NCBI GenBank assembly: GCA_031835245.2
Contig: JAVKOQ020000020.1
Coordinates: 248,001-312,000, forward strand
Length of the DNA: 64,000 bases
Direction of reading: 5' to 3'
Origin: Balamuthia mandrillaris
Lineage: Eukaryota
Shown here: positions 36,698 to 49,678 of the stretch, piece by piece
Numbering within the stretch: position 1 is the stretch's first letter
How the letters are laid out: each line of letters begins with the position of its first letter
Program-made: the position numbers and the translations under genes
Notes under the pieces: model-generated
What the model saw: only the letters and a program-made list of their open reading frames with translations
The model's database searches: none
What the model was told of the DNA's origin: nothing

Positions 36698-37489
36698 ACC
36701 CTAGGCGCTGAGTGGATTGGTTTTCGGTTGGAGTGAGAACAAGAGAGAAAGAGAGAAAGCAAAAAAAAAAAAGTTCCACATACACTCCACTCAGTGAGTG
36801 TTCGTTTTGAACAACAACAAAAAAAAAATAAAAAAAAGAAAACAAGGACAACAAGAAGGGAAGGTGTGTTCGTGAAGAAAGAAGAAGAGGAAGTGGCAGC
36901 CTGTTTGGTATGTGCGTGAGTGTCTTTTTGTTTTTTTTTTTGTTTCTTTTGTTGTTCTATTTTTTGGGAGCAAAATAGCCCAGTCGGTCAGGTTTTTCAT
37001 CCATGCTGAATGAGCCGAGAGACAGGCAACCCGCTGAAAACAATTCCAATAATGGTTGTATCGCGGCGGAAGATTGGACGGATGGCAATCATTGAATTTC
37101 AAGGAACGTCGACATGAGAGCCGCAGCCAAAGGGGGTTGTGTTCGGTGGGCAGCGAGGAAAAAACGTCCAAAAAAAAAAAAAGCTTGTGGCTGTTGCTTT
37201 CCATTCCCACATGTTACCCTCGTCGGTGACATTGGCGGAGAACCTTTTTTCTCCTGTTTGCCTTAAACAGGAACATCGATTTATTCGTGAGCTCAAATGG
37301 TGAGGCGACACGTCAGAGCAGAAAGCCACACCGATCTCTTTTTAAGGCAACAAAAACAACACTCATCAGGGCCTCGAGCTGGCGTCGACGGAAAATATTC
37401 CAGGTCGACCCGATGTCGCGGCATCTCGTGTCGTCTCGAATTTTACAAAGAACACTCACCAACGAGAAGTGAGCACATCATGCTTGGCA

Positions 37490-38867
37490 TCAAGAAGAAG
37501 AAGAATGGGCACAACCACAATGAGGAGGAAGTAAAAGATCATGGGTAAGGTGATGCCGAAGAGCAACCAATCGAATGCCACGTTCGGTTCTCTGGAAGAT
37601 CGGGTAGAAGGAAGGATTCGGCAGGGTTTGCAGCTGTGAGAGAATGTCGTCTTCAACTCCGTCATCCACTCTAAAGCCTGTTGTTTCAGAAACAATTACT
37701 GTCCTTCTTTCATACGTGAAAGCGGTAAAGAACTCGCGCTCACACGCACTCTCTTCTCTATCAGAAGAAAGAGAAAATGGAGATCGAAAGACTGGAGATA
37801 GGTGATGTTTGGTCAGCAAGTCCTCGTCTGAGGGCCATTCATGGATGCTAACGTCGTGGTTTATCCGCTGGAACACAAAGTAATGTTCCAATGGAAAGCT
37901 TAGACATTGCTCCTTTCTCACATCGATTACCATTCCTCTAAAGAGAAATAATAAATAAAGAAGATGAAGATACTGAAGATGAACAAGAACAAGAACAAAA
38001 ACAAGAACCAGACGAAGAAGAAGAACGAATAAGAAGAAGATGAAGAAGAAGAGGGTGACCTGCTTTGATAAGAAAAGTGATTCCAGGCGTTGTTAGAAGG
38101 AGCTGAAGCAACCCGCAACATCACAAGAGTGCCATTACAAATAGGCTCCACCGGCGCGATCATTTCTAAAAATCTGTCTCTGTATTCGTTCAAGCGCACT
38201 CCCAAATTCGCCATAATGCATCCTTTTGCTTGTCTTGTTATCGTTACGTTAGTTGTGAGAGAGCGAGCGAGTAGAGAATGGAGAGAAAAATAACAAAGTA
38301 CCTATACATAAAGGGAGCCAAAGACGCAAACTCATCGATAATTGCTTGTTTGGTGAAAAGCTCTCGGCCTTGCATGAGAGCAACACTCTGTGCTAAATGA
38401 AAGGCGATGGTCTTCCAAACCGAGGCGCTCATTCCACCAGAGGACCACCAACGTTCGTCTGCAAAGTCAATTCCAGCTAATACTAACCTCCTCTGATTGT
38501 AGTTGTTGCTGCGAAGAGCTTGTTTGATGGTTTGGCGCTGTTCTTGTTCCCATTTTGAATCGTTTATGGTTTTACCTCCCTCTTGTCGTTCACCCTCTCC
38601 TTGTTCCGTTTGTTTGCTTTCAACATCGCATCCCGCTTGTTGGTGTTGTTGTGTATCAAGGGCTCTACATAGCAAGCCCAACAGGTCGCGCAATGCCTTG
38701 ATGACCCGCAGCGGCACGTTTCTATGTAATGACCTTTCAACCAAGAAAGATTTAGTAAGCAAGAGAGAGAGAGAGAGAGAAGAGAGGAGAGAGAGAGGGA
38801 GACAGAGCCGAGAGAAGAAGAAGAACAAGAAGAAGAAGAACAAGAACAAGAACAACAAGATCAAGAA

Positions 38868-38911
<44 letters not shown>

Positions 38912-39523
38912 ACAAAGAAGGAGAAGTGGAGATACCGGTGGAAAGGATTGGGATGAGCTTGTGGGTGAAGACCATACGTGCGAACAACACAGTTCTGGAT
39001 GGCATCCGCGCTGCCCTTAAAGCAATCACAAATCACGACTTCCTCCTCTTGTTCCTCTTTGCTCACCACTTCCACCACAACAATGTTTCTGTTCTCCATT
39101 TTTCTTTTCTCGCCATCCTCTCCTGCTTCATCGGTAGGTTTGCTTTGACGGAGCGGAAAGTTGCAAAAGGCGTAGCACGTATCGACAGCTGGCTTGGCTG
39201 GCAGGATGTAAATACGATCTTCGTCCAACGAGTCCTCGGAGCCCAACACCAGGTAAGGATAGCTTCCGCCTTCCAGGTCAACCTCATCTTGCTCCACTTG
39301 CTCTGGATTTGATTTTCGAACTTGAATTAAAAAAAACAAGCGCACTGCAAAAAAAAAAAAGACTACAGTACAGACCTCGGGCTTTGCGGCGGTCCGTTTT
39401 GTTCCATTTGCGTCGGTGCTGTTTCGCTTGGCGTTTCTTTTTTCTTCTCTGCCGCTTGCTCTCTTCGGTCAGTTCTTCGTTGGTAGGCAACAACAAGCGC
39501 GATGGTGGTGCTTTGCTGTGCAT
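37490..39523 (-). CDS. Hypothetical protein: NTase-like GSxDSxDxD domain plus degenerate Rnl1-like C-terminus (5 exons)
   Basis: Exons join through GT-AG introns: YLVLGSEDSLDEDRIYIL, DCFKGSADAIQNCVVRTYGLHPQ, IKQALR..RRLVLAGIDF, KTIAFHLAQSVALMQGRELFTK, SYQSRGMVIDVRKEQCLSFPLEHYF. The gene model is solid; domain calls are inference. Confidence 0.7.
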
Positions 39524-39905
39524 CAGGTTCCTTCTTTCTTTCTCTCTAACACGGTTTTTTTTTTATTTATCCAAAAAATTCCTGGAAATAGAAAATGGAA
39601 GCGGATTGTGAAAACGGTGCACCGTTTGCCAGGCCTCTGTTTCATTCAATGTTCTTCAACCTGCAGTGTTACTGACCATCACGGACAAGCTTTATTGCCC
39701 TGTCCATTGGAGTGGATCATCAAAACTCTAAAGTGATATGGAGATGTTGTATTTCTTGTGTTTCTTTTTATGAATATAAAAATAGTTTCCTTGTTGGTAT
39801 GAAAAGAGAGAATAAATAAAGTGTGTGTTTATAAATATGAAAATTATTGTTACTCTCTCACTTTTATCTTGCTTACTTAGGTTGTCATATGTTGCTTTTT
39901 TCTCA

Positions 39906-42900
39906 CTAGATACAACCTTCTTTTTCACTCTTACTCTCTTTCTCATTGGTTGCACTTGTCTCCTTCGCATTATCTTGTTCTTGTTTTTGGTCTTTGTCCC
40001 CATAGCCCTCTTCCTGTTCGCCTCCCAAAGCAACTGCTGGGCCAATGATTTCCATTTCCATTGCCTCCTCCTCTTCCTTTTTGGCCAACGTCGCCCTTTT
40101 TGCTCGCAGCTCACTCTTCCTCAACCTCGCTTTGGTGTCCTTTCTCTTCTTCTTCCTGTCCTGCTGGGCGATCCAAAGATTGTGCAGCAGCCGCCGCAGC
40201 ACCTTGTACATCTCCGACAAGATCACAAACAGCACCACAGAACCCGCACCCAAGGCCCATCCTCTCCACCCAGGATCTTCCTGTCGGAAGATGACGTTGT
40301 TGATGCCAGGAATGTAGACAGAGAGCACCACCGAGATGGAACCCAAAATGAAGGTCAAATGGAAGGGCCAGCATTGAATGAAGAATGTGTGATCGAAGGA
40401 TGAGCTCTTCAACCGGCGACAGTTGTACCCGTGATAAAGAAGCATGATGGTGAGCGAGATGAAGGTGGTTACTTGAGATTGTTTGACAGTGAAGTCCCAG
40501 ACAATGTTCATGACAATGAAGCTGGTGAGAGAGAGAGCACCCATTATGATGCCGTAGATGAAGATGTCAGCGATGGTGCCAATGGTGAATGTGGGCTCTC
40601 CGATGGGTCGCTTCTTCCTGTCCATCAAGTCAGGTGTGGCTGGTTCGACTCCCAAGAGCAGTGCTGGTGGTGGACCTTTTTTTAAAATTGTCGTTCAAAA
40701 ATAAATAAACGGATCGCAAGCAGGTTGAGAGAAGGGCAAGGAAGAGAGTAGAGAGAGAAGGGGGAGAGGGGGTAAAAAATATGTAGATAGCAGGCAATGT
40801 GAGAAGAGCAAACGAGGGAGAGGGAGCGAGAGAACGAGAGAGAGGGTCTCTTACTTGATACGAGATTCAGCCAAAGAATTTGCAAAGAGGTCATTGGGGG
40901 ATAAAGCCCAGAAACAATGCCGATGATCATGACAATGGTTTCTGCGACGTTGCTGGAAAGAAGATGAACGAGGAACTTTCGGATGTTGGCAAACGTTCTT
41001 CTACCTTCCGCAATAGCTCGGGCAATTGTACAAAAGTCGTCATCCAAAAGGATAATGTCAGAGGCTTCTTTGGTTACGTCTGTTCCCGCAATGCCTAAGA
41101 GAAGAACAAATGGTTAAAACACACAACACAAAAAGACTAAATGAACAAAGAAAAGCAACAGAAAAAAGAAAGCAACCCATGGCAATTCCAATGTCAGCAG
41201 CAGAGATTGCAGGACTGTCATTGACACCATCGCCTGTCATGGCCACCACTTTGCCTCCATGATGCAGCTGCTTCACCATCTTCACCTTGCTCTCCGGGCT
41301 GCACCTCGCTATCACCAACGGCAGCTCATCCAGCTCTTCCTCGGTCATCCTGTCAAAGACCGTGGAGGTCATGGCAAGGCCTCTCCCCTCCTCTTCCTCC
41401 GTGATGATGCCGATCTGCTTGGCAATGGCCAGAGCGGTGGACAAGTGGTCCCCTGTCAGCATTCTCACGATGATCCCTGCTTTGTGACAGGTGGCAACTG
41501 CCTCCTTCACCCCCTTTCTTGGTGGATCCTGAAGGCCGACCAGACCCACAAAGGTCAGGTTCTGCTCCACATCCTCTCTGTTGAGCTGTGGATCCTCCTC
41601 GTCCTCATGGTCTTCGCACTCGTCAGTCATCTCGCGGTAGGCCAAAGCCAAGACACGAAGGCCTTGGTTGGCCAGCTGCTCGTTCATGGCTTTGATGCGT
41701 TCCAGCTCCTCATCTCCAAACTCGCTGGTCACCCCTCCGTCCTCCATCATGGCCGTGCACCTTGGCAAGAGGCGCTCGGGAGCTCCCTTGGTGAAGAGGA
41801 AGACAGACTTGTCCTCCTTTCGCTGGTGGATGACGCTCATTCTCTTGATGGTGCTGTCAAAGGGGAACTCTTGCAGGTTCTGCCACTCCTCCTTGAGAAG
41901 CTGCCGTGAGTAACCCAGTTTGGCTGAGAGCACCACCAGAGCCGCCTCCGTGGGAGAACCTAGGGCTACCCACTCTTCTGCACCCTCTCCTCGTTTCTCG
42001 TCGTGTTGCTTGGCGGCTTTGCCACACCAAGTCCAGGGCTTCCACCATCTCTTGCTTGACACTTGTTTATCAGCAACCACTTTGACATTCCTCTTGATAT
42101 CAGAGGTGTTGCACAGAGAGCAGACGAGCAGGGCGAGATGAAGGTGATGGTCTTTGTCCTCGATTTCCGTCATGGAGGCCACCACCGGTGTTGGTGAGGC
42201 CCCTTCTTCCTCCTCCTCCTCCTCTGCTTCTTCTCCATCTTCCTCCTTGGGCTTGATGAAGACATTGCCGCTGTTTGGGTTGAAGCCCTCACCGTCGATG
42301 ATGAAGGACTTTTCCGGAAGCCATAACTCTGTGGCCATCATTTTGCCTTGGGTGAGGGTTCCTGTCTTATCCGAGCAAACATCTGTGACGTTGCCCAGTT
42401 GTTCCAAGGATTTCATCTTCCGCACCAACGCCTTCTGTTCCGCCATCCCTTTCACTCCAAGACTCAACACCACCGTGATCACTGCCACCAAAGCCTCTGG
42501 CAAGAGAGCTACCGCTATGGCCACGGCCACGGTGAGGCCTGTGGGGTAAAGCTCCTCTGTGTCATGCACCCACAGGAACAGAAGCACCATGCCAATGCAA
42601 CCTACGGCAGCACAGGCCAACAGAATGCCCAATCTGTTCATCCTTTTCTTATGGATAATGCTTCTTAGATGTTATCATGGGGCAGGGAAGAAGAGAAAGA
42701 AGAGGAGAAAGGAACCTCAAGGCTGGTCGTTTGCTTCTTGGCGTTGGCCACTGCGTGGGCAATCTGTCCAAGTTCCGTGCGGGAGCCGGTCATGATGACA
42801 ATGCCTTTGCCCTTGCCCTTGGTGATCAGAGTGCTCATGAAGGCCAAATTGTTTCGGTCGCCGAGGGGACAGTCCTTGTTGTCGATGGCATCGACCTTCT

Positions 42901-43587
42901 TCTCGATGGGCACACTCTCTCCCGTCAAAACGCCTTCCTCACATTCCAGGTTCATCGCCTCATATACTCGAACATCTGTTTTTGTATGCCGTTAAAAGAA
43001 ACAAACGTTTTTTTAACGTAACATACCTGCAGGAACTTTGTCGCCTTGGGTGAGGAGGACAATGTCTCCAGGCACCAGCTCGGAGGCACAGACCTCCTGC
43101 TCGACGCCTTCTCGTAGCACAGTAGCGGAAGGAGCAGACAAGCTCCTCATTGCTTCCACGCTCTTTTCTGACTTGTATTGTGCATGATTGGTTGAGTTAA
43201 AAAAACAAGGTGAGTGCTTTTAGAAGGAGAGGTGGAGAACAAACCTTGCACAACTCCAATGATTATGTCGCCGAGCATGATGAAAGCAATGACAGTGGAG
43301 TCGATGGGTTGCAGAGTGGCGATGGTGAGGGAGAGAGCCACCAGGAGCACCCCCATCATGAAGTTAAATGTGTGGTGGAAGAGGAGCTTCCACAGCTTGA
43401 CCCCCTCTTCCTGTTTCAGCTGGTTGGGACCCCATTCTTCCGTGCGTTGCTTCACTTGCTCTGGGTTGAGGCCAACAGCGGTGTCAACAGAAAAAAACTC
43501 CGCGAGTTGTTCTGTGGACAAGGTGTGCGCGAAGAGGTACTCGTTGGCAATGCCGTCTCGAGGATTCAAGGTTCCCTTTGCGCCCAT
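39906..43587 (-). CDS. P-type ATPase, ENA (P2D)-like, paralog B
   Basis: Near-identical to 32807-36697 with the same motifs and intron positions; shorter, frameshifted C-terminal tail. Confidence 0.92.
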
Positions 43588-43875
43588 ACCCAGGAAGCTT
43601 ACAGAGAAGAATTAGTGAGAATCAAGAGAGAAGAAGAAGAAAAAGAAGAAGAAGAAAAGGAAGGAGAAGAAAAAGAAGAAGAAGAACAAGAAGAAGACTC
43701 ACAAGCACACAACTTGGTGGAGAGAAAAAAAAAACGCCTCAAGGCGTCGTTTCAGGTTCCTTAATTCCCAATAGGTTTTTTGATCACCTCAGGTCCAACC
43801 AGCTGACCGTTACCAGCGCTATATAAGAAAGTTTGCTGGTTCGCGGCGTTCCGTTTAGAACTGTTGTTTTAGTGT

Positions 43876-44316
43876 TTAGACCAGATGAACAACAAGCGAG
43901 GCCTTTTGCTTTCTTCCGCCTGTTGCTTGGCCTATACGCACTACAGCGGAACGAACGGCGTCTCTACCAACCATACTTCCGTCCCTGCCTGCGGCCCACC
44001 GCAGATCCACCTCTCTCAACTTCCTTCTTCCTTTATCGTCATTACCACTATTCAACGTTCGCTCCATCCATTCGGCCACCACTTGCATCCTTTTTTTTTT
44101 TTTTTTTTTTTGGGAGTCCTTCGTGTTTAGAGACCAAGAACACAAAGGGAGAAAGGGACGCGCAGAAGTAAGCACTAAATACCCATCATCACCAAGTTCG
44201 TTCCAACGAAGATCCAAACGTTCCAAGTTGATTGCACCAATATACAAGGCTGCAACATTAAGATGTAGTCAGAAGAGTGCGAGAGAGAAGGAGAACCAGA
44301 GAACCAGAGGAGAGGC

Positions 44317-44362
<46 letters not shown>

Positions 44363-44780
44363 CATAGAGAACAAGAGCTAAGAACAGAGAAGCGAGCAAA
44401 CGTGCCATCGCAGAGCGTGCGACAATGAAACGCGGTAAGAGAGTTGTGAGCCAAATTGATGGACACCAGCTTGCCAAACAGCGACCGCGAGATACATTTT
44501 GCCACAAAGTACAACGGTATTGGCTCATTCATATTGCTTGCTGCTATTTGCTTCTCTTCTTCTGTTCCGTCTTGTTCTTCTTTTCCAAGTGACGAAAGAT
44601 GCATCGAGTCACTCCCAAAGTTTGCGACTGCACTTATGCCAGAGTCGCAACGCGACCCGAGGTTGCACCGCTCAAAATTCAACGTTTGAACATTGGGGAA
44701 CCGTGTCAGAAGGTATCTTGTTGTACAAACTGTTTGGATGAAAACAAGCGCAAAATAAGAAAGAAGGCAAGCAAAAAGGA

Positions 44781-44835
<55 letters not shown>

Positions 44836-45507
44836 GGGAGAGAGAGAGAACAAACGGGCTAGTCGAGACACGTCAAGACTTCGTATAAACGGCGCAACTG
44901 CACTTACTATAAGCTCTGATTCCTCATCTATCTTATGATTTTCAAACACGGTTTCTGTTTTGTGGAAAAGAATAGTATGCACGTAAGACATGGAAAGGAA
45001 AAAGGAGATGGACCATCTTAGGGGGTTTACTTCGTATCATCTCTTCCAAAAAGGCGCACTTCCATTGGATACAAACTCCTTTTGAAGAAGTAGAAGCAGG
45101 AGAAGGAGGAGATGGTTTGTGCTTTCTTGTGGCAAAAACTTGGTAAAGCGTTTGCCACATGTGGAGCTTTCTGCGCGTAGCTAGCTCTTCTTCTGTTTCA
45201 GTTCCTTCTTCCTTCGTATCAAAGAGAGTTTCCTGCAGAACTGTAAGAATAGAACTAAATCCGAAAGAAGAAAGAAGCAGAAAAGAAGGAAGACGAAAAC
45301 AAAAACGAAAACAAAAACAGAACGAAGAAAGAAGAAAGAAGAAAGAAGAAAGAACAAGAAGAAGCACATAGAAATGAGAGAAACCAGTTGTAAAATGGGA
45401 GCGAGAGCTGACACCCGATCAATGGGTCCGAGGCTACGATAAACATGATGTAACTGCGTGAAAACACAAACGACAAGAACGGAAAGTTTACTCCAATGAG
45501 TACACAC

Positions 45508-45553
<46 letters not shown>

Positions 45554-45819
45554 AGAACTTGAACAAGATACAAGAGCAAAAAGAAGGCACAGAAATCAGA
45601 GAAAGAAAAGTAGGGGGCGAGGGAGAGAGACCACTTCTTCCGGCAGAGAACACAGAATGTCTCCGTTGACTGAACAAAACCAGGGTAAGTAACAACTTAT
45701 TAACTAACTCCTAGAACGAGGGAAAGGAGGGGGGGGAGAGGGGGGGAGGGGGGGACATTACGGATACTCATGTGACGGCTGACCACCTTGCCGACGTGCG
45801 CCTTCAAACTCATGGCCAT
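43876..45819 (-). CDS. RNI-like leucine-rich repeat protein
   Basis: Proposed start MAMSLKAHVGKVVSRH; LCSLPEE motif; repeats IRSLDVS, VQTLNFERCNLG, LVSINLAHNSLT, LERLDLRWNELGDDG, LREVDLRW. The 5' exons are less certain. Confidence 0.65.
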
Positions 45820-46036
45820 TCCCTTTCTTCCTCCACTTGGCCGGGTGGCTTACGTGTGCCCCTTTCCGTTTTTCGTTGCGGAAAGGTGCGACGTTTCGGC
45901 AAGAAGAGAGATCAAAAAAAAAAACGTCCAACACGTCTCGTCCTCGACCTCCCCGTAACGAGGAAGGCGCTCCTATCCAGGGTGGCAAACACAGGAGGAC
46001 CGGCTTGGACGACCGCCGTTCCTTTTACTGGCTGCC

Positions 46037-48365
46037 ATGAAAATGGTTGCCGCCTCAAAGCCTCCTTGGTTGGCTTTGGGCTTTGTGCTTTGGCTGGGAG
46101 GAAGCTTTGGACGGAGCTTGCTGCTGCTGCGGGTTTCCTCCTCGCCTTCCGCCGAGGAAGAGGCAGTTGACTCCTCCCTGTTGTGCTTGCTCACGTTATC
46201 CCCGGCGGCTTTGCTTTGGACGGCAGGTCGGCTGCGTCGCTGTTGCTCACGGGGTTTGGAAGTCGAGGATTATCCTCGGCGTGCAAGGAACGCGCTATTG
46301 GCTTTGGGGAGCATCCAATTGGCTTGGCTTCTGTTGACCACGTCCTTGTGCTCTGGCCAAAGTGTTTCCGCTACGTGGACGGTACTCTTTTCGTTCTTGT
46401 CCGTCGTTCTTTCATGTCGCTTCTTTGGTCCTTACCTTCTGCGTTCACTCTTTCTCGTGGCAAACGTTACTTCGTTTGAAACGAGACTAGGTTCTGCTGC
46501 CTATCTTCGTGTCGGTCTTCTGTTTCCTATTCGACAGTGACTATCGAACCCAGCGAAAGGGAGGCTGCTCTCAAACGCTGTCGCTGGCGGGGTTCTCGCT
46601 ATGTATGATGTTGTATTTGGGAATGTATCCTAGCACCGTATCCTCCTGGCATTCTCTCGCTTTGAGTATGTCTTTAGCCGTCGCCCACACCTGGCTTGGG
46701 CTTCATCTTTCCCGGGTTTATCAATTCTACGCTTCTTCAACTTCCACTAATCCTTGCTGGAACGCATACCTTGATGTTTCAACATGTTCCTTTCTTCTTT
46801 CGCTTCCTTTTTTCCTCCTACGATGTCTGGTGGCAGAGGGGAGGGCCGTTGCAGACATTTTGCGGTTGGAGTACTTGCTTCCTGCTGCTTTCTTCAACTT
46901 CCTGTGTCAAGCCACCTCCCTTCTCACACTCTCTCACCTTTCGACAGTTCTTCACTCCCTCCTTTTCTGGTTACTCACGTTTGGACACAACATTCCGCTG
47001 CAGCTGGATCCCTTTCGGTTTGGGACGTTGTTCCTTGCGTTGACCTTCTGTGGTGCGTTCATCTTCCACGAAATGGAACGTTTCCAGGTCGCCACTACAC
47101 CCAAGCATAGCAAACGAAGCAACCATGTACCGTCAAGCAGAGCAGCAACAGGATTTGCTGTTTTCTTCTTACTTGCGGTGTGTGCGCTGCTCACGATCAC
47201 TGTGTTACCACTCAACACAATGACATCTCCGAACAGTCCCCGCGGCACTCCCGCCTTCTCCACCTTTGCTTGGCCTCCGTTGCCTCCACTGTCCTTAAGG
47301 ACGGTACAACCACCCACCTCAAGTGTGGTTCTACCGGAACAACAACCCCTACGGATCCAATGCATCGGAGCCATCCAAGAACGCATCCTATCGAAGATGG
47401 GTCCGCTATTCCCCCCAAACAACAAGGTGGTCATGTTGGATTGGCCACAGTACTGGAACCTCGGCGACACTCTCATTTGGGCGGGAGAGTTCAACTTTTT
47501 GAAAGCGCTCGGAATGTATCCTCCGCTGCAACAGGCTGTTTCTCTTCCGGACTATGCGGTCCGGCGCCTCTCTCAAAACGTGACCCTGTTCTGGACAGGC
47601 GGAGGCAACTTTGGGGACCTGTGGAGGGTTCACAGTGACATGCGCAACAAACTCATCCGTCTGATGCTGGCGTCCTCCATGCACAACCCGCTGATCATCG
47701 GTCCGCAGAGCATTTTTTACAACCGAACGCAGACCGCCGAGGAGGACGCACGGCTCTTTGCAAAAGCGCCACAAATAATACTGACCCTGCGTGATAGGGA
47801 GTCCTGGCAGTTCTCACAAAAATACTTTCGCAACACCCAGAGAGAGCTCCTTCCCGACATGGCCTTCATGAACGGTCCTCTCCGGCCCAACAGAGAGCCG
47901 CTCTACGACTTCTTGGTTCTGCTGCGAAAGGACATCGAGACCCGTTTTCCTGACCCTCTCTTCGCAAAGGAGATGACCGCCGTGATGGACGCGCACGCCA
48001 TCTCCTATCGCATTGTCGATTGGAGCGACTGGGAAGAGCTTGTGGAGGACTCCCTTTGGAAAGAAGAGCACCCAGAGGACCTGACCGAGATGACGCTCTG
48101 GCAGGTGGAGTTAGCCAACAACATCCTCTCTTTGGGCCATAGGGTGATCAGCGACCGGTTGCATGCAACGCTGATGTCCATGTTGCTGGGGAAGGAGGTC
48201 ATCTACCTGGACAACATCTACAAGAAGATCAGCAACACGCTTGAGACTGCCTTTGAGGTTCATCCTAGTTGCAGCAGTAAGAACATGGGCGGCAAGAGAG
48301 CGAACACATTGAAGGAGGCCGCTGAGATCGCGGTCGAATGGGTGAGAGCAGAGCGGAATGAGTGA
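46037..48365 (+). CDS. Polysaccharide pyruvyltransferase (Pvg1/EpsI-like) with N-terminal multi-TM TPT/DMT-like region; intron 46382-46490
   Basis: C-terminal DWPQYWNLGDTLIWAGE, GGGNFGDLW, PQSIFY, LRDRES, LPDMAF, VISDRLHA, LDNIYKK. A GT-AG phase-0 intron joins ORFs 46037-46540 and 46509-48365. Confidence 0.85.
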
Positions 48366-48409
48366 ATTAGTTGCTCTGTTCTTCGAGTAAGATAGTATCC
48401 TTTCACTCT

Positions 48410-48828
48410 TCAGTCTTTCTTCTTATCGATGTCGCGTTTGGTGGCTACTGTCGTTTTGTTGCTGGTAGGCTCGTGCTTTTTCTTCTTCTCCTTTTCATCC
48501 CGTTTGTTTTGGTGAATGATGAAGAGCCACACCTCCACGATCATGATGATGGTGGCCAGAGCGACACCACCAATGACACCGGCAACGACGCTGCCAAAGC
48601 CATGTCTGCAAGTGAAGAAACCGGCCACGAACATGGTGGCCATGCTCACCACGATGTTTACCCCGATAGAGAGTTGGCTTCTCAGCTCTTTCTTCTCCTC
48701 TCTGGAGGGCATTATTACCAAGTGGGTGTGTTCATCTCCTTCAAAGCTGGCCACGTTTGACACCATTCTGGTTTTTAAGGAAGAAAACAGTGTTGAGAGA
48801 GAGAGAGCGAAGAGAGAGAGAGAGAGCG

Positions 48829-48877
<49 letters not shown>

Positions 48878-49399
48878 GAGATAGAGATAGAGGAGATAGA
48901 GGGGAAGAACAACGTACTTTTTGTATCGCTGGTTTTCCAACTTGTTGCGTACTTTTTGCAAAGCTTCTTCTTGTTCTTTTGTCTTTTGGAGTATGAGAGA
49001 GAGGGAGAAGAAAAAGAATAAAAGAAGCCGAAGAAGAACGAGAACAAGAAGAATAACAAGAGGGAGCTTTACTCTTTGGGGAGGAGGAGGGGGCTGTGGT
49101 AAAATCACGTTACTGCCTCGAATGAGCTCATGGACGAACGCTTTGTCGAACGTTTTACCACTCTTCTCTTCCGTTTCGTACTTGCTTCGCTCTCTGCACC
49201 GAAGGAGCGTTTGGGATAGCTGCTGTAGCTCCTGAAGAGGAACGCCTTCCTTCGATTTGGGAGAAGCATGCCTCTCGAAACGTCGACGCGAGCGTGGCGA
49301 CAGCTCAGGCGCACAACGAAAGGCAAAGGCAAAGGCCTCCCGCATCACATCGGTTGCTTCGAACCGCACCTCATCTTCCTCCGCTGCTACTTCGTTCAT
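48410..49399 (-). CDS. VMA12: V-ATPase assembly factor Vma12/TMEM199
   Basis: LIRGSNVILP, KLENQRYKKMV, QLSIGVNIVVSMATMF, two TM helices, IVEVWLFII, C-terminal di-lysine KKKD. Confidence 0.85.
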
Positions 49400-49678
49400 C
49401 TTTTTTTTTTTTTCCTTTCGAAAAATTAATATGGCACAGGTACGAGTCGAACTGTTGTTAATGTCGACAAAAATTTTCTTTTTTCTTTTTCTTTTTCTTT
49501 TTCTTTTCCGTTTCATATCTTTTTGTTATTTCATTCATTCATTCTTTCTTCTATTCTATTTTCGTTTTTTTCTTTTGGACTACGCTTCATTCTGATCCCT
49601 ACTTCTTTTTAAAAGTATAAACAAAACAAATGCAGCTTTACTGTAAAGCAAACCATGTTTTAAACTTCCCCATTCATA

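Noticed and set aside
46490..46540. Overlapping ORFs suggesting a programmed frameshift
   Set aside because: Explained by a canonical phase-0 intron at 46382-46490.
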